A stretch of DNA of 64,000 nt, from NCBI GenBank assembly GCA_009692805.1, contig SHYM01000001.1:2831-66830 (forward strand). Direction: 5' to 3'. Every line of letters starts with the position of its first letter. Within the stretch, counting starts at the first letter, position 1. The stretch comes from Dehalococcoidia bacterium (lineage in GTDB: Bacteria > Chloroflexota > Dehalococcoidia > SHYM01). Shown here in pieces: positions 1 to 9,570 of the stretch. Position numbers and translations under genes: made by a program. The notes under the pieces were generated by a model. That model ran no database searches. It saw nothing but the letters and a program-made list of their open reading frames with translations, and was not told the DNA's origin.

Positions 1-879
1 CTCACCCTCAACCGCCCTGAAAAGATGAACGCCCTCAGCAACAACCTGCGGGCGGAGATGATCCACGCCCTCAAGAACGCGGAGGGCGACCCCCAGGTTA
101 GCGTGATAGTGGTCCGCGGCGCGGGCCGCACCTTCTCCGCCGGCTACGATATCGGCGGCGGGCGTGACGCCCCGGCCGGTAGTCCCTACGTACACCCCAT
201 CTCTCGGCGTCCCGACGTGGGCTCCCTCCATATGGGGCCCGTGGAGTGGGCGCATCATGTCATTGACACTAACTGGGTGATCTGGGAGATCCAGAAGCCC
301 GTGATCGCCCAGATCCACGGCTACTGCCTGGCTGGCGGCACCGAGCTGGCCACGATGTGCGACTTCCGCATAGTGACCGAGGACGCCATCATCGGCTATC
401 CGCCGGTGCGGGCGATGACCACCATGGACAACATGTGGGCCCCCTGGCACCTGCCCATGGCCAAGGCCCGGGAGCTCGCCTACCTGGGCGACCCCATCAC
501 CGGGAAGGAGATGGCCCACTGGGGCTGGGCCAACCGGGCGGTGCCTGGGGAGCAGTTGCAGGCTACAGTGGACGAGTTCGCCCACCGCCTCTCGCTCATA
601 GACCAGCAGATGCTCATCTACTCCAAGCGCTCTGTAAACCGCGCCTACGAGGTCATGGGCATCCGCACGGCCCTCTACGCGGGGGCGGACATCCAAGCCC
701 TCAGCTCCATCCGGCCTCAGGGCGGGGTCTTCAACGCCATCTCGGCCGAGCGCGGCCTCAAGGCCGCCCTCCAGTGGCGCGACGGCCCCTTCGCGGACTA
801 TGGCACCCACGGCAAGAAGACGGAACGCCGGCCGCAGGACCTGCCCAAGACGCCCCCCGCGCCTAGCGGCAACTACTAG
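1..879 (+). CDS. enoyl-CoA hydratase/isomerase (crotonase) family protein, 5'-partial
   Basis: Reading frame is open from the window edge. The translation (LTLNRPEKMNALSNN...VVRGAGRTFSAGYDIGGG) carries crotonase-fold motifs. Stop at 879. Confidence 0.85.
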   Translation, partial: LTLNRPEKMNALSNNLRAEMIHALKNAEGDPQVSVIVVRGAGRTFSAGYDIGGGRDAPAGSPYVHPISRRPDVGSLHMGPVEWAHHVIDTNWVIWEIQKPVIAQIHGYCLAGGTELATMCDFRIVTEDAIIGYPPVRAMTTMDNMWAPWHLPMAKARELAYLGDPITGKEMAHWGWANRAVPGEQLQATVDEFAHRLSLIDQQMLIYSKRSVNRAYEVMGIRTALYAGADIQALSSIRPQGGVFNAISAERGLKAALQWRDGPFADYGTHGKKTERRPQDLPKTPPAPSGNY

Positions 880-925
880 CGCCGAGCCGCAGCGGGCTCG
901 ATTGGTCCTGACCGGCTTGGGCGAG

Positions 926-1066
926 CTTTGCACAAAAAAGTCTCGTTCCTTCGAGCTGGCTCTCCCCTGAAGATGCCATCGACCATCCCCCTTACAAAAG
1001 GGAGAGAAAGGGGGCCACCCCCTTACGCCCCCGGCAGATCCCGAGCATCGGGACTCTGCACTCCCT
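926..1066. repeat. MITE-like intergenic repeat, copy A (TTGCAC-AAAAG end module, CCATCGACCATCCCCC box, GGCAGATCCCGAGCATCGGGACTCTGCACTCC hairpin)
   Basis: The same modules recur at 2284, 35222, 39103, 43688 and 48662. It sits in a non-coding gap after the crotonase gene. Confidence 0.7.
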
Positions 1067-1127
1067 CCTTTGCCGGTAAGATGCCCCGTTTGTACAAAGG
1101 AACCGTGACTCAACGATAGGAGGGGTC

Positions 1128-1745
1128 ATGACTCAAGGGAGAGCGAAGACGCAACAGCAAGAGCATACCTGGGACGACCTCATCGCCGCCATCGGGCAGG
1201 ACTTCTCGGGTGGGGAGGTCCGGCAGACGGCCGACGCCATTGACCGGAGCATGATCAGGCGCTATTGCGAGCCCTTGGAGATAGACTGCCCTCTCTACCA
1301 CGACGACGAGGTGGCCCGCCAGCACGGGTACAAGGGCATCCTCTTGCCTTGGAGCGCCTACGGCGCGCTCAGCGGCCCTCCCGTCTGGAAGCCAGGGGAC
1401 GCTACCAAGTGGCCGGTGCCTGACAAGGATTACAGCGCCACCATCCGTCCGCCCTCGGAAAGGACTGAGAGCAAGGCGCCGCCTCTTCCCATGCCCCTCA
1501 CCGACTCCAGCATGGCCACCGACATCGAGATCGAGTATCTCCTTCCCGTCTATGTGGGGGACCGGCTTTCCTCTCGGGGGCGCAAGTTGGTGTCCGTCGC
1601 CGTGCGCCAGACCCGGGTGGGCTACGGCGCCTTCTATGTCTTGGAGAGCGAGATCGTCAACCAGCGAGGCGAGGTCGTGGCCAAGACCCGCAATGGCATC
1701 TACCAATACATCTCGGGCGCCAAGGGCCCCAACAAGGGAGGGTGA
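1128..1745 (+). CDS. hotdog-fold protein, MaoC-dehydratase N-terminal (FAS1-like) domain
   Basis: A ...MIRRYCEPLEIDCPLYHDDEVARQHGYKGILLPWSAYGAL motif is present. The next gene is a MaoC dehydratase 7 nt downstream, giving a HadAB-like pair. Confidence 0.6.
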   Translation: MTQGRAKTQQQEHTWDDLIAAIGQDFSGGEVRQTADAIDRSMIRRYCEPLEIDCPLYHDDEVARQHGYKGILLPWSAYGALSGPPVWKPGDATKWPVPDKDYSATIRPPSERTESKAPPLPMPLTDSSMATDIEIEYLLPVYVGDRLSSRGRKLVSVAVRQTRVGYGAFYVLESEIVNQRGEVVAKTRNGIYQYISGAKGPNKGG

Positions 1746-1751
1746 CAACCC

Positions 1752-2198
1752 ATGGCTGATTGGAGCAAGCAGCGTTACTGGGAGGACGTCAAAGAGGGGG
1801 ACGAGGTCCCGGGGGTGGTTTTCAACATCGCGTTGCAGCGCCTGGTCATGGCGGCAGGCGGCAACCGGGACTTCAACCAGATCCACCACAACGACCGCAT
1901 AGCCAAGGCTCAGGGAGCCCCCGACGCCTATGCCAACAACGGCTTCGTTCAGGGCATGTGGGAGCGCACAGTCCGCGAGTTCATCGGCCTGGACGGGAAC
2001 GTCAAGAGGGTGGGCCCCTTCCGCATGGTCAGCTTCAACACGGTGGGCGAGGGTGTGATCACCAAGGGCAGGGTAAAACGGAAGTGGCAGGAGGGCCGGC
2101 AGGGTCTCGTCGAGCTCGAAATCTGGTCCGAGCACTCCAAGGGCGTCAGCGTGGGACCCGGGCCCGTCGTCGTCACCCTGCCCTTCCGGCGCGGGTAG
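1752..2198 (+). CDS. MaoC family (R)-specific dehydratase (hotdog fold)
   Basis: NRDFNQIHHNDRIAKAQGAPDAYANNGFVQGMW motif. Translationally coupled to the upstream hotdog protein. Confidence 0.7.
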   Translation: MADWSKQRYWEDVKEGDEVPGVVFNIALQRLVMAAGGNRDFNQIHHNDRIAKAQGAPDAYANNGFVQGMWERTVREFIGLDGNVKRVGPFRMVSFNTVGEGVITKGRVKRKWQEGRQGLVELEIWSEHSKGVSVGPGPVVVTLPFRRG

Positions 2199-2283
2199 TA
2201 TCCGGGGCTCTCCGCGGCGCTACCTAGTTGCTTATGGCGCTCAGCCTACGGGGCATGCCACGGCACTCTTTCGCGTCCCGCAA

Positions 2284-2414
2284 ACTTCGCACAACAAGTC
2301 TCATTTTCTTCGAGCTGGCTCTCCCCAGGAAGAGAGTGTAAGGAGAAGGAGAGAATCCCGAGCGTCGGGACTTCGACCCCCGGCAGATCCCGAGCATCGG
2401 GACTCTGCACTCCC
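2284..2414. repeat. MITE-like intergenic repeat, copy B (hairpin module duplicated)
   Basis: TTCGCACAACAAGTCTC...GAGCTGGCTCTCCCC...ATCCCGAGCGTCGGGACT...GGCAGATCCCGAGCATCGGGACTCTGCACTCC. It abuts the 3' end of the ABM monooxygenase gene. Confidence 0.7.
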
Positions 2415-2432
2415 TCTATTGCCGGGGGATTC

Positions 2433-2744
2433 CTAGCGCCAGGCCTCATCCGGAGGATAGACGTTGCGGCCAATGTGCCTTGCGGCGGGGCCGGCGAACC
2501 AGTCCCGCACCGTGTCCCGCCACTTGAGGTAGTGCGGCGCCTGCTGATGCGCCTGGAAGGCGGCCTCGTCGCGATACGCCTCGTATAGGTGGACAAGATT
2601 GGGGTCGGCCGCGTCCTGGAGCACATCGAAGCGCAGGCACCCCGGCTCGTCTTGATTAGAGCCCCGCGCATCCCCCAGCATCGCCTCCATAAACTGCTCC
2701 CGGCGCTCGGGCTTGACGTGGAGGGTGACCATGAGGACGTACAT
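2433..2744 (-). CDS. antibiotic-biosynthesis monooxygenase (ABM) family protein
   Basis: MYVLMVTLHVKPERREQFMEAM... is a typical ABM/YgiN N-terminus. A GGGAGGT RBS lies 6 nt upstream of the ATG at 2744. The longer track ORF starts inside the upstream gap. Confidence 0.7.
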   Translation of the reverse strand: MYVLMVTLHVKPERREQFMEAMLGDARGSNQDEPGCLRFDVLQDAADPNLVHLYEAYRDEAAFQAHQQAPHYLKWRDTVRDWFAGPAARHIGRNVYPPDEAWR

Positions 2745-3119
2745 GCTTACCTCCCAAGCAGGCAAGGCGTGCCTGCAGCGCATCACCAGATAGAAGTTCC
2801 CAAAGGTTATGGGGGCGTGGCGTCTGGTCCCACGCGTCCAGGGCGTCTACTTACTTGAGCCGCGCCGCGTGTAGGGCACCTTCAGCCGGCGAGTATACAC
2901 CCTCCGCTATGAGCGGGCAGCGCCGGACAGGGCTGGGGGCCCTGAGTTGCGCCCTACATCGCCTAACCACGGTACATCGCTTGAAGGCCAGCTGGCCACC
3001 TGAATGCCGCCGGATGGCTCCTGCCTTATACTTGACTGACGCTAGGGGAGCCGGGCCATAATCCGCGCAGAGTCCTAGGTCCCGTAACAGGGCCGTCGCG
3101 CTAGCAAGGAGAGGTACGG

Positions 3120-4328
3120 ATGCCGGGGCCGCTAGCTGACCTCACGATCCTCGACCTAACGGAATACATCGCCGGTCCCTACGCGACCAAGCTGCTGGCG
3201 GACTACGGCGCCAACGTCATCAAGCTGGAACGGCCGGGCGGCGACCCCTCGCGAGGACTGGGGCCGTTCAAGGGGAACAGCAAGCACGCCGAGCGCAGCG
3301 GCACCTTCTTCTATTTCAATACCAACAAGCGCTCCCTCGTGCTGGACCTGCGCGCGCCTGAGGGCCGGCAAGTCTTCCTGCGGCTGCTGGACGGGGCGGA
3401 TATCGTGGTCGAGAGCTTCCGGCCGGGCGTCCTGGACCGCCTGGGCGTGGGCTGGGACGCTGTCCATGCCCGCAAGCCGTCCGCCCCCCTGGTATCCATC
3501 ACCAACTTCGGGCAGACTGGCCCTTACCGGGAGTTCCGGGCCTCGGAGCTGGTGCTGTTCGGCTTCGCCGGGGAGATGTACTCCATGGGGGGTCAAGACC
3601 GCGCGCCGGTCAAGATGTACGGCACGGCTGCCCAGGTGGAATCGGGCTCCGCCGCGGCGAGCGCCATCCTGGGGGCGGCGATGGTCGGCAAGTGGCAAGG
3701 AGTGGGCCAGCGAGTGGACTTCTCCCTGGCGGAGAGTCACCTATTAGGAGTGGACCGCCGCCACGCCACCGTCATCGGCTATCAGTTCTCCGGTCGCAAG
3801 ACTCAGCGCCGGGCGGGCGCCGGCGTCGCCCTGGGCGGAGTCTACCCCTGCGCCGATGGCTACGTGGAACTGGCAGGCGGCGCCTGGTTCGACCGCGTCA
3901 TAGAGATGCTGGGAAACCCCGCGTGGCTGCGCGACCCCAAGTGGCTGGACCCGGTCGCGCAGACCGACCCCGCCCTGATCGAGGAGTTCGAGGGCCACTT
4001 TTACGAGTGGCTGCTGGCGCGCACCCGTCGAGAAGTCTTGAGGGAGGCGCTGCAGGCGCGGGCGATCTGCGCGCCCATGTTCACCGTGGACGAGCTCTTC
4101 GACGACCCTCACTTCATCGCCCGCGGGCTCTGGGCCCGGGCGGAGCATGCCGAGCTGGGCGCCTTCGCCATCCCTGGCAGGCCCTTCCTCATGAGCGATT
4201 CGCCCTGGGAACTGCGGCGTCCGGCGCCGCTCCTGGGCCAGCATACGGCCGAGGTGCTGCGCGAGGCCGGCTACAGCGAGGGTGAGGTCCAGGCCCTGGC
4301 CCAGCGGCATATAGTGGAGGTGCGGTGA
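3120..4328 (+). CDS. CoA transferase family III (CaiB/BaiF) protein
   Basis: N-terminus LADLTILDLTEYIAGPYATKLLADYGANVIKLERP. Confidence 0.85.
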   Translation: MPGPLADLTILDLTEYIAGPYATKLLADYGANVIKLERPGGDPSRGLGPFKGNSKHAERSGTFFYFNTNKRSLVLDLRAPEGRQVFLRLLDGADIVVESFRPGVLDRLGVGWDAVHARKPSAPLVSITNFGQTGPYREFRASELVLFGFAGEMYSMGGQDRAPVKMYGTAAQVESGSAAASAILGAAMVGKWQGVGQRVDFSLAESHLLGVDRRHATVIGYQFSGRKTQRRAGAGVALGGVYPCADGYVELAGGAWFDRVIEMLGNPAWLRDPKWLDPVAQTDPALIEEFEGHFYEWLLARTRREVLREALQARAICAPMFTVDELFDDPHFIARGLWARAEHAELGAFAIPGRPFLMSDSPWELRRPAPLLGQHTAEVLREAGYSEGEVQALAQRHIVEVR

Positions 4329-5656
4329 TGGCCCACCTGCCGCTGCACGGCATCAGGGTCGTCGACCTGACTGGCGTCTGGGCCGGCACCTTCGCCACCA
4401 TGCTCCTAGCCGACCTAGGAGCAGAGGTCATCAAGCAGGAGAACCCCTACCTCATGCAGCCCAACACCCGCGGCCGGCGCGCTCACCTGACCAAAGCGAT
4501 GCTCCAGGGTGGCACGGCCTGGGGCTCCGGTTACCCGAACAATGAGCCGGGGCCGCGCCCCTGGAACTACTGTCCGACCTTCGTGCAGCTCTACCGCAAC
4601 AAGCGCAGCTTCACCGTGGACATCCGCGGGCCTGAGGGCATGGACATCCTGCGGCGGCTGATTGCAAAGTCCGACGTGGTCATGGAGAATAGCGCCCCCG
4701 GCGTCATGGAGAAGCTGGGCATTACCTACGAATGGCTCCAAGGCATTAAGCCAGACATCATCTTTGCCCGCATGCCGGCCTACGGCTCCAGCGGGCCCTA
4801 CCGGGATGGGCGCGCCATGGGCGTGCACCTGGAGAGCATGATCGGGCATGCGCTCCTGCGCGGCTACCCGGACCTCGACCCCTCCAACAGCACCGCCACC
4901 TTCGTCGCCGACTACACGGCGGGCACCCAGGCGGCCCTGGCGGTCATGATGGCGCTCTGGCACCGCCGGCAGACCAACCGCGGGCAGTTGATCGAGCTGT
5001 CCCAGGCGGAGAGCGCCGTGCCGATGATGGCGCAGGCCCTGATGGACTGGTCGCTAAATCAGCATCTGCAATCCGCCATCGGCAACCGCTCCCTCGACGG
5101 CGCCGCCCCCTGCGGCGTCTATCCCTGCCGCTCGCCGGGCACACCAGAAGACAGCGGCGACCACTGGATCGCCATCACCGTCGGCAGCGACCGCCAGTGG
5201 GAGGCGCTGCGCAAGCTTATGGGCGACCCGGAGTGGGCGCGCTCGGGGGATCTGGTCACGGCGGAGGCCCGGGCCCAGCGCCAAGACCTGCTCGACGCCA
5301 GGCTGGCGGAGTGGACGGCTGACTGCGACGACTACGAGCTGATGCACCGGCTTCAGGCCGCCGGCATCGCCGCCGCCCCCGTCCTGGAGGCCTCCCGCGC
5401 GCTCGATGACCCCCAGGTCCTGGCGCGGGACCTCTATCAACCGCAGCGCATCTACGACGATGTGGGCGTCTACAAGTACATGACGCCCTTCTACCGCTTC
5501 TCCGAGACGCCCACGGGCATCCACAAGCCCCCGGTGGCTTTCGGGGAGGACAACGAATACGTCTACAAAGAGGTCATCGGGGTCAGCGACGGGGAGTACG
5601 CGCGCCTGCGGGCCGCCGGGCATATACGCATGGACTTCGACGAATCGGTGCCCTGA
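4325..5656 (+). CDS. CoA transferase family III (CaiB/BaiF) protein, paralog
   Basis: GIRVVDLTGVWAGTFATMLLADLGAEVIKQE. GTG/ATG start overlaps the upstream stop (TGATG). Confidence 0.85.
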   Translation: MMAHLPLHGIRVVDLTGVWAGTFATMLLADLGAEVIKQENPYLMQPNTRGRRAHLTKAMLQGGTAWGSGYPNNEPGPRPWNYCPTFVQLYRNKRSFTVDIRGPEGMDILRRLIAKSDVVMENSAPGVMEKLGITYEWLQGIKPDIIFARMPAYGSSGPYRDGRAMGVHLESMIGHALLRGYPDLDPSNSTATFVADYTAGTQAALAVMMALWHRRQTNRGQLIELSQAESAVPMMAQALMDWSLNQHLQSAIGNRSLDGAAPCGVYPCRSPGTPEDSGDHWIAITVGSDRQWEALRKLMGDPEWARSGDLVTAEARAQRQDLLDARLAEWTADCDDYELMHRLQAAGIAAAPVLEASRALDDPQVLARDLYQPQRIYDDVGVYKYMTPFYRFSETPTGIHKPPVAFGEDNEYVYKEVIGVSDGEYARLRAAGHIRMDFDESVP

Positions 5657-5774
5657 GGCGCTAGTCTAGGGGCGGCGGGGCACGCTAACACTAACTGGCG
5701 AGCGAAGTGCGCCTGCCGCTGGGCAGGCGCCTTCGCCCTCTATCTATTGCGTTAAGGAGCGGGCCTCGGTTACC

Positions 5775-7484
5775 TCACGGCGCTCCCGGCATCCACTTGG
5801 CCCGCCACAGATGAGTAACGGTTGTCTGGCCAGGCACGAGGTCCCAGTCCACCCTTTGGTTGAAGCCGAAGATCAGCACCCCACCCAACAGGGGGATGGT
5901 GAGGGCCTGCTCGTGGAGGTACAAGTACATCTCCCGGTTGACCTTCTCTCGGTCGGCGGGTTCGAAGGTGGTCCGCATCTGGAGGGCCCAGGCCTCCAGC
6001 TTGGCATCAAGCATCTGACCGTTAAAACCTTCGGGTGTGTTCTTAGAGAACGTGACGTAGCCAGGCGCTTCCCCCTCTGAGCTCAGCCCGTTGACGCGGT
6101 ACATGCGTATGGGGTACGTGCGCGCCGGGTTATCGCCGGCGTAAGAGACGATGGTGCCAACCTCGGTCAGGCGGTCGCGGGCCTTAATCCCTATGGCGTT
6201 CCAGTAGGCGATGGCCACCTGGTAGGCCTCGGGATACCCTGACGAGGTGCGGTAGTACCAGATCGGAAACTCGCGGTCGAAGGGGAACTTGGCCTCCTCC
6301 AGCAGCCTGCGTGCCTCCTTGGGGTCGTAGCCGTAGGGCTTGATCTCGTCCTCGGTGGCGCCAACTCCCACGACGGCGCGTGACCAGGGCCCGGGGATGT
6401 AGCTGCCGTACTTGCCCAGGGCCACGCCGTCGAAGATGGCCTTGCGGTCCACGGCCAGGATGAAGGCCCGGCGCACCCGCACGTCCAGGAAGGGGTTGGG
6501 GACATCCGTCCCTGGGATCACCGGCGTGTCCGTGGAGAAGAGGACGGGGACCCAGCCGCCGGTGTTGGTCGCCTTCACCCGGAAACGCTTGTCCTTCAGC
6601 AGCTCCTCGCCCTGGCGGGGCTGCACCTCGTCCATGAAATCTATCTGGCCCGACTTGAGCATGGCCAGACGGCTCTCGGGCTCTGGCACAACCATGCGGA
6701 CGATGGTCTTGACCTGGACCTTATCGGCGTCCCACCAGTAGGGGCTGGCCTCCATGGTGAGGGACTCGAAGGGCCGCCACTCCACAAACTTGTAGGGGCC
6801 GGCGCCGATGGGGTTCTTCTGAAAAGCCTCGTAGGGACTGTGACGGGCCTGAACGACGAGGCCGCCCATCTTGGACCATCCCAGGGCATCGGCCCCGGTA
6901 AGGGTGAAGACCACGTTGCGGTCGTCAATGGCCTCCACGCTTTTTATCTGGCGCGGGAGGGCGGCGTTGGGGCTGTTTAAGGCGTAGGGCGACCTGATCT
7001 TTTCGACGGTGAAGAGGATGTCATCGGAGGTCACCGGCTTGCCATCGTGGAAGCGGGCGCCTTTGCGAATGACGTAGCGGACCTTGAGCCCCTTCTCGTC
7101 CCAGGACCAGGCCTCGGTCAGGTAGGGCTCGGCGGGCTTCCCTTGGCGCTGGATTGACAACAGAGTGGCGTTGAAGTCCGTAACCGTGTAGAAGCTCTGC
7201 AGCCCTCCTCCGGTGGCGACGTGGATATCGCGGTTGGTGATGTCGGCCACCGCCGCCATGGTCATCTTGCCCCTCGGGCCCGAGGCCGAGGCGGTGGGCG
7301 TCGGAGTGCTTACCGCCGACGCCGCGGCCCGCGTAGGGGTAGGTGCGGCTCCAGGCGCGGCCGTCGCCGCCGGCGCGGCAGCCGTTCTAGTGGGGGTCGC
7401 CGTGGGGGCCGCGGCGCCTCCGCAGGCCACGGCGATCAGTCCTATGACACTGAGCCCTGAAGATAGTGTGCGCCACTTGGACAT
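5775..7484 (-). CDS. ABC transporter substrate-binding lipoprotein, family 5 (peptide/nickel type)
   Basis: Signal peptide plus lipobox (LIAVACGG), an Ala/Pro/Thr-rich linker, then an SBP_bac_5-like body. No permease gene is adjacent. Confidence 0.8.
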   Translation of the reverse strand: MSKWRTLSSGLSVIGLIAVACGGAAAPTATPTRTAAAPAATAAPGAAPTPTRAAASAVSTPTPTASASGPRGKMTMAAVADITNRDIHVATGGGLQSFYTVTDFNATLLSIQRQGKPAEPYLTEAWSWDEKGLKVRYVIRKGARFHDGKPVTSDDILFTVEKIRSPYALNSPNAALPRQIKSVEAIDDRNVVFTLTGADALGWSKMGGLVVQARHSPYEAFQKNPIGAGPYKFVEWRPFESLTMEASPYWWDADKVQVKTIVRMVVPEPESRLAMLKSGQIDFMDEVQPRQGEELLKDKRFRVKATNTGGWVPVLFSTDTPVIPGTDVPNPFLDVRVRRAFILAVDRKAIFDGVALGKYGSYIPGPWSRAVVGVGATEDEIKPYGYDPKEARRLLEEAKFPFDREFPIWYYRTSSGYPEAYQVAIAYWNAIGIKARDRLTEVGTIVSYAGDNPARTYPIRMYRVNGLSSEGEAPGYVTFSKNTPEGFNGQMLDAKLEAWALQMRTTFEPADREKVNREMYLYLHEQALTIPLLGGVLIFGFNQRVDWDLVPGQTTVTHLWRAKWMPGAP

Positions 7485-7689
7485 AAGGCACCTCCTAACG
7501 CGATGTAGTTGGTGGCCTATTCACGCATATCGGACGTCTTTCGTCAAGTCAATACGTCAGCATATATATAGTACGTCACCGGGGGCCTCGCGGTTTTCGG
7601 GGCCGCCCCTGCCTGCGCGCCGACGGCCTTGGGCCGGACCGCTTCAGGGGATCCGGCAGTTATGGCACAATAGGGATCACGAACCGCAA

Positions 7690-9540
7690 ATGAAGATCCT
7701 TCTCAGACTCCTCGTTCGGGTATTCCCCTATAAGAGGCGCGTCGCCCTGGCTTGGCTCTGCGTGCTGGGCGCGGGCGCCTTCATGGTTATCACCCCTCGC
7801 CTGGTGCAGTGGGGCATCGACTTCGGCCTCCAGGCGCATCAGGTCACCGAGACCGTGGTGCGCGACGGCGTATCGCAAGAGGTCACGCGCCTGGCGTTTG
7901 AGAGCAAGTACTGGCTCCTCATTATCGCCGGGGCGGCGGTGCTGGGCGCCGCGCTGCTGCGCAGCGCCTTCGCCTTCGGCCAGCAGTACCTAAGCGAGTG
8001 GCTCTCCGCGCGGGTGGCCTATGACCTGCGCAACGCGATCTACGACCGCCTCCAACGCCTCTCCTATGCCTACCACGACCAGCACCAGACCGGACAGCTC
8101 ATGTCCCGCGCCACTCAAGACGTGGAGGCGGTGCAGAGGTTCATCAGCATGGGCTTCTTGCGGCTCCTCTACATCCTGCTCCTGATGCTTTCCATTCTGG
8201 CCCTCATGCTGCTGGAAAGCCCGACTTTGACCCTGGTCTGTTGGCCATTCCTAATTCTCATCGCCGCCTGGTCTACCAGGTATAACCTCAAGCTGCGGCC
8301 CGTCTGGACAAGGGTGCAGGACGGGCTGGGACGTCTCACCACGGTGCTGCAGGAGAGCCTCTCGGGCATACGAGTGGTGAAGGCCTTCGGCCGCGAGGCT
8401 TACGAAAGCCGGAAGTTCGCCGTCGAGGCCCAGCACCTCTTCGACGACTCCTACTACGCCAGCAAGGTCCAGGCAGTGAGCACGCCGCTCATGACGGGCC
8501 TCTGGATGCTGTCCCTCGCGGCGACTATCTGGTTCGGCGGCAGGGAGCTGGCCGCCGGCCGCCTCAGCCAAGGGGAGCTGGCCGCCTTCGCCCTGTACCT
8601 CACCTTCCTACAGATGCCGGTCCGCATGCTGGGGATGATCATCACGCTGATTGCCCGCGCCCACTCCTCGGGGGAACGCATCTTTGAGATCCTGGATGCA
8701 GATTCGGCGGTCAAGGAGAAGGCCGGCGCGCCGGAGCTGAGGCACGTGAAGGGCCAGGTGCGGTTCGAGAATGTATCCTTCGGCTACGATGCCATCAGCC
8801 CCGTCCTCAAGGACATCGACATCGACGCGCGTCCCGGCCAGGTCATCGCCCTGCTGGGGCCCACGGGCAGCGGCAAGACGACGATAGTGAACCTGCTGCC
8901 GCGCTTCTACGACGTCACCCACGGGCGCATCACCATCGATGGCATCGACATCCGAGATGTTGCCCTAGCCTCGCTGCGCCAGGTCATCGGCGTGGTCCAT
9001 CAGGATGTATTCCTCTTCTCGGCCACGATTCGCGAAAACATCGCCTATGGAGTCCCGGGGGCCACGCAGGAGGAGATCGAGCGGGTTGCCAAAGCGGCGC
9101 GCATCCACGACTTCATCATGACCACGCCCGAGGGCTACGAAACCTGGGTAGGAGAGCGTGGAATCACCCTCTCTGGCGGCCAGAAGCAGCGGGTGTCCAT
9201 AGCCCGCACCCTCTTGCAGGGGCAGCCCATCCTGATCCTGGACGACTCCACGTCCAGCGTGGACACGGAGACCGAGTACCTGATCCAACAAGCCTTGGCC
9301 GAAATCATGCGGGGACGCACCACGTTTGTCATCGCCCAGCGGCTGCGGACGGTGGAGCTGGCGGACCAGATACTGGTGCTGGACGAAGGCCGGATCGTGG
9401 AGCGCGGCCGGCACCAGGAGCTGTTGGAGCACAACGGCTTCTACCGTCAGATCTACGACCTGGAGCTGCGGGACCAGGAGGAGGCCCTCCCCAGCGCGCC
9501 CCTCTTGGGACAGCCGGCCCCGGCCTCGTTGGCGCGGTAA
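7690..9540 (+). CDS. ABC exporter, fused permease/ATPase (MsbA-like half transporter)
   Basis: A six-TM domain is followed by Walker A (GPTGSGKTT), the LSGGQKQR signature and Walker B. The start is placed at MKILLRLL. The track ORF extends upstream into the divergent promoter region. Confidence 0.75.
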   Translation: MKILLRLLVRVFPYKRRVALAWLCVLGAGAFMVITPRLVQWGIDFGLQAHQVTETVVRDGVSQEVTRLAFESKYWLLIIAGAAVLGAALLRSAFAFGQQYLSEWLSARVAYDLRNAIYDRLQRLSYAYHDQHQTGQLMSRATQDVEAVQRFISMGFLRLLYILLLMLSILALMLLESPTLTLVCWPFLILIAAWSTRYNLKLRPVWTRVQDGLGRLTTVLQESLSGIRVVKAFGREAYESRKFAVEAQHLFDDSYYASKVQAVSTPLMTGLWMLSLAATIWFGGRELAAGRLSQGELAAFALYLTFLQMPVRMLGMIITLIARAHSSGERIFEILDADSAVKEKAGAPELRHVKGQVRFENVSFGYDAISPVLKDIDIDARPGQVIALLGPTGSGKTTIVNLLPRFYDVTHGRITIDGIDIRDVALASLRQVIGVVHQDVFLFSATIRENIAYGVPGATQEEIERVAKAARIHDFIMTTPEGYETWVGERGITLSGGQKQRVSIARTLLQGQPILILDDSTSSVDTETEYLIQQALAEIMRGRTTFVIAQRLRTVELADQILVLDEGRIVERGRHQELLEHNGFYRQIYDLELRDQEEALPSAPLLGQPAPASLAR

Positions 9541-9570
9541 GCCAGATATGTCGGCGAAAGGGACAGCCTA

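Noticed and set aside
1110-2135. 341-aa ORF on the minus strand opposite the hotdog dehydratase pair
   Set aside because: It lies antisense to two genes with clear family motifs. Long antisense ORFs are expected at ~70% GC. It has no motif and no RBS.
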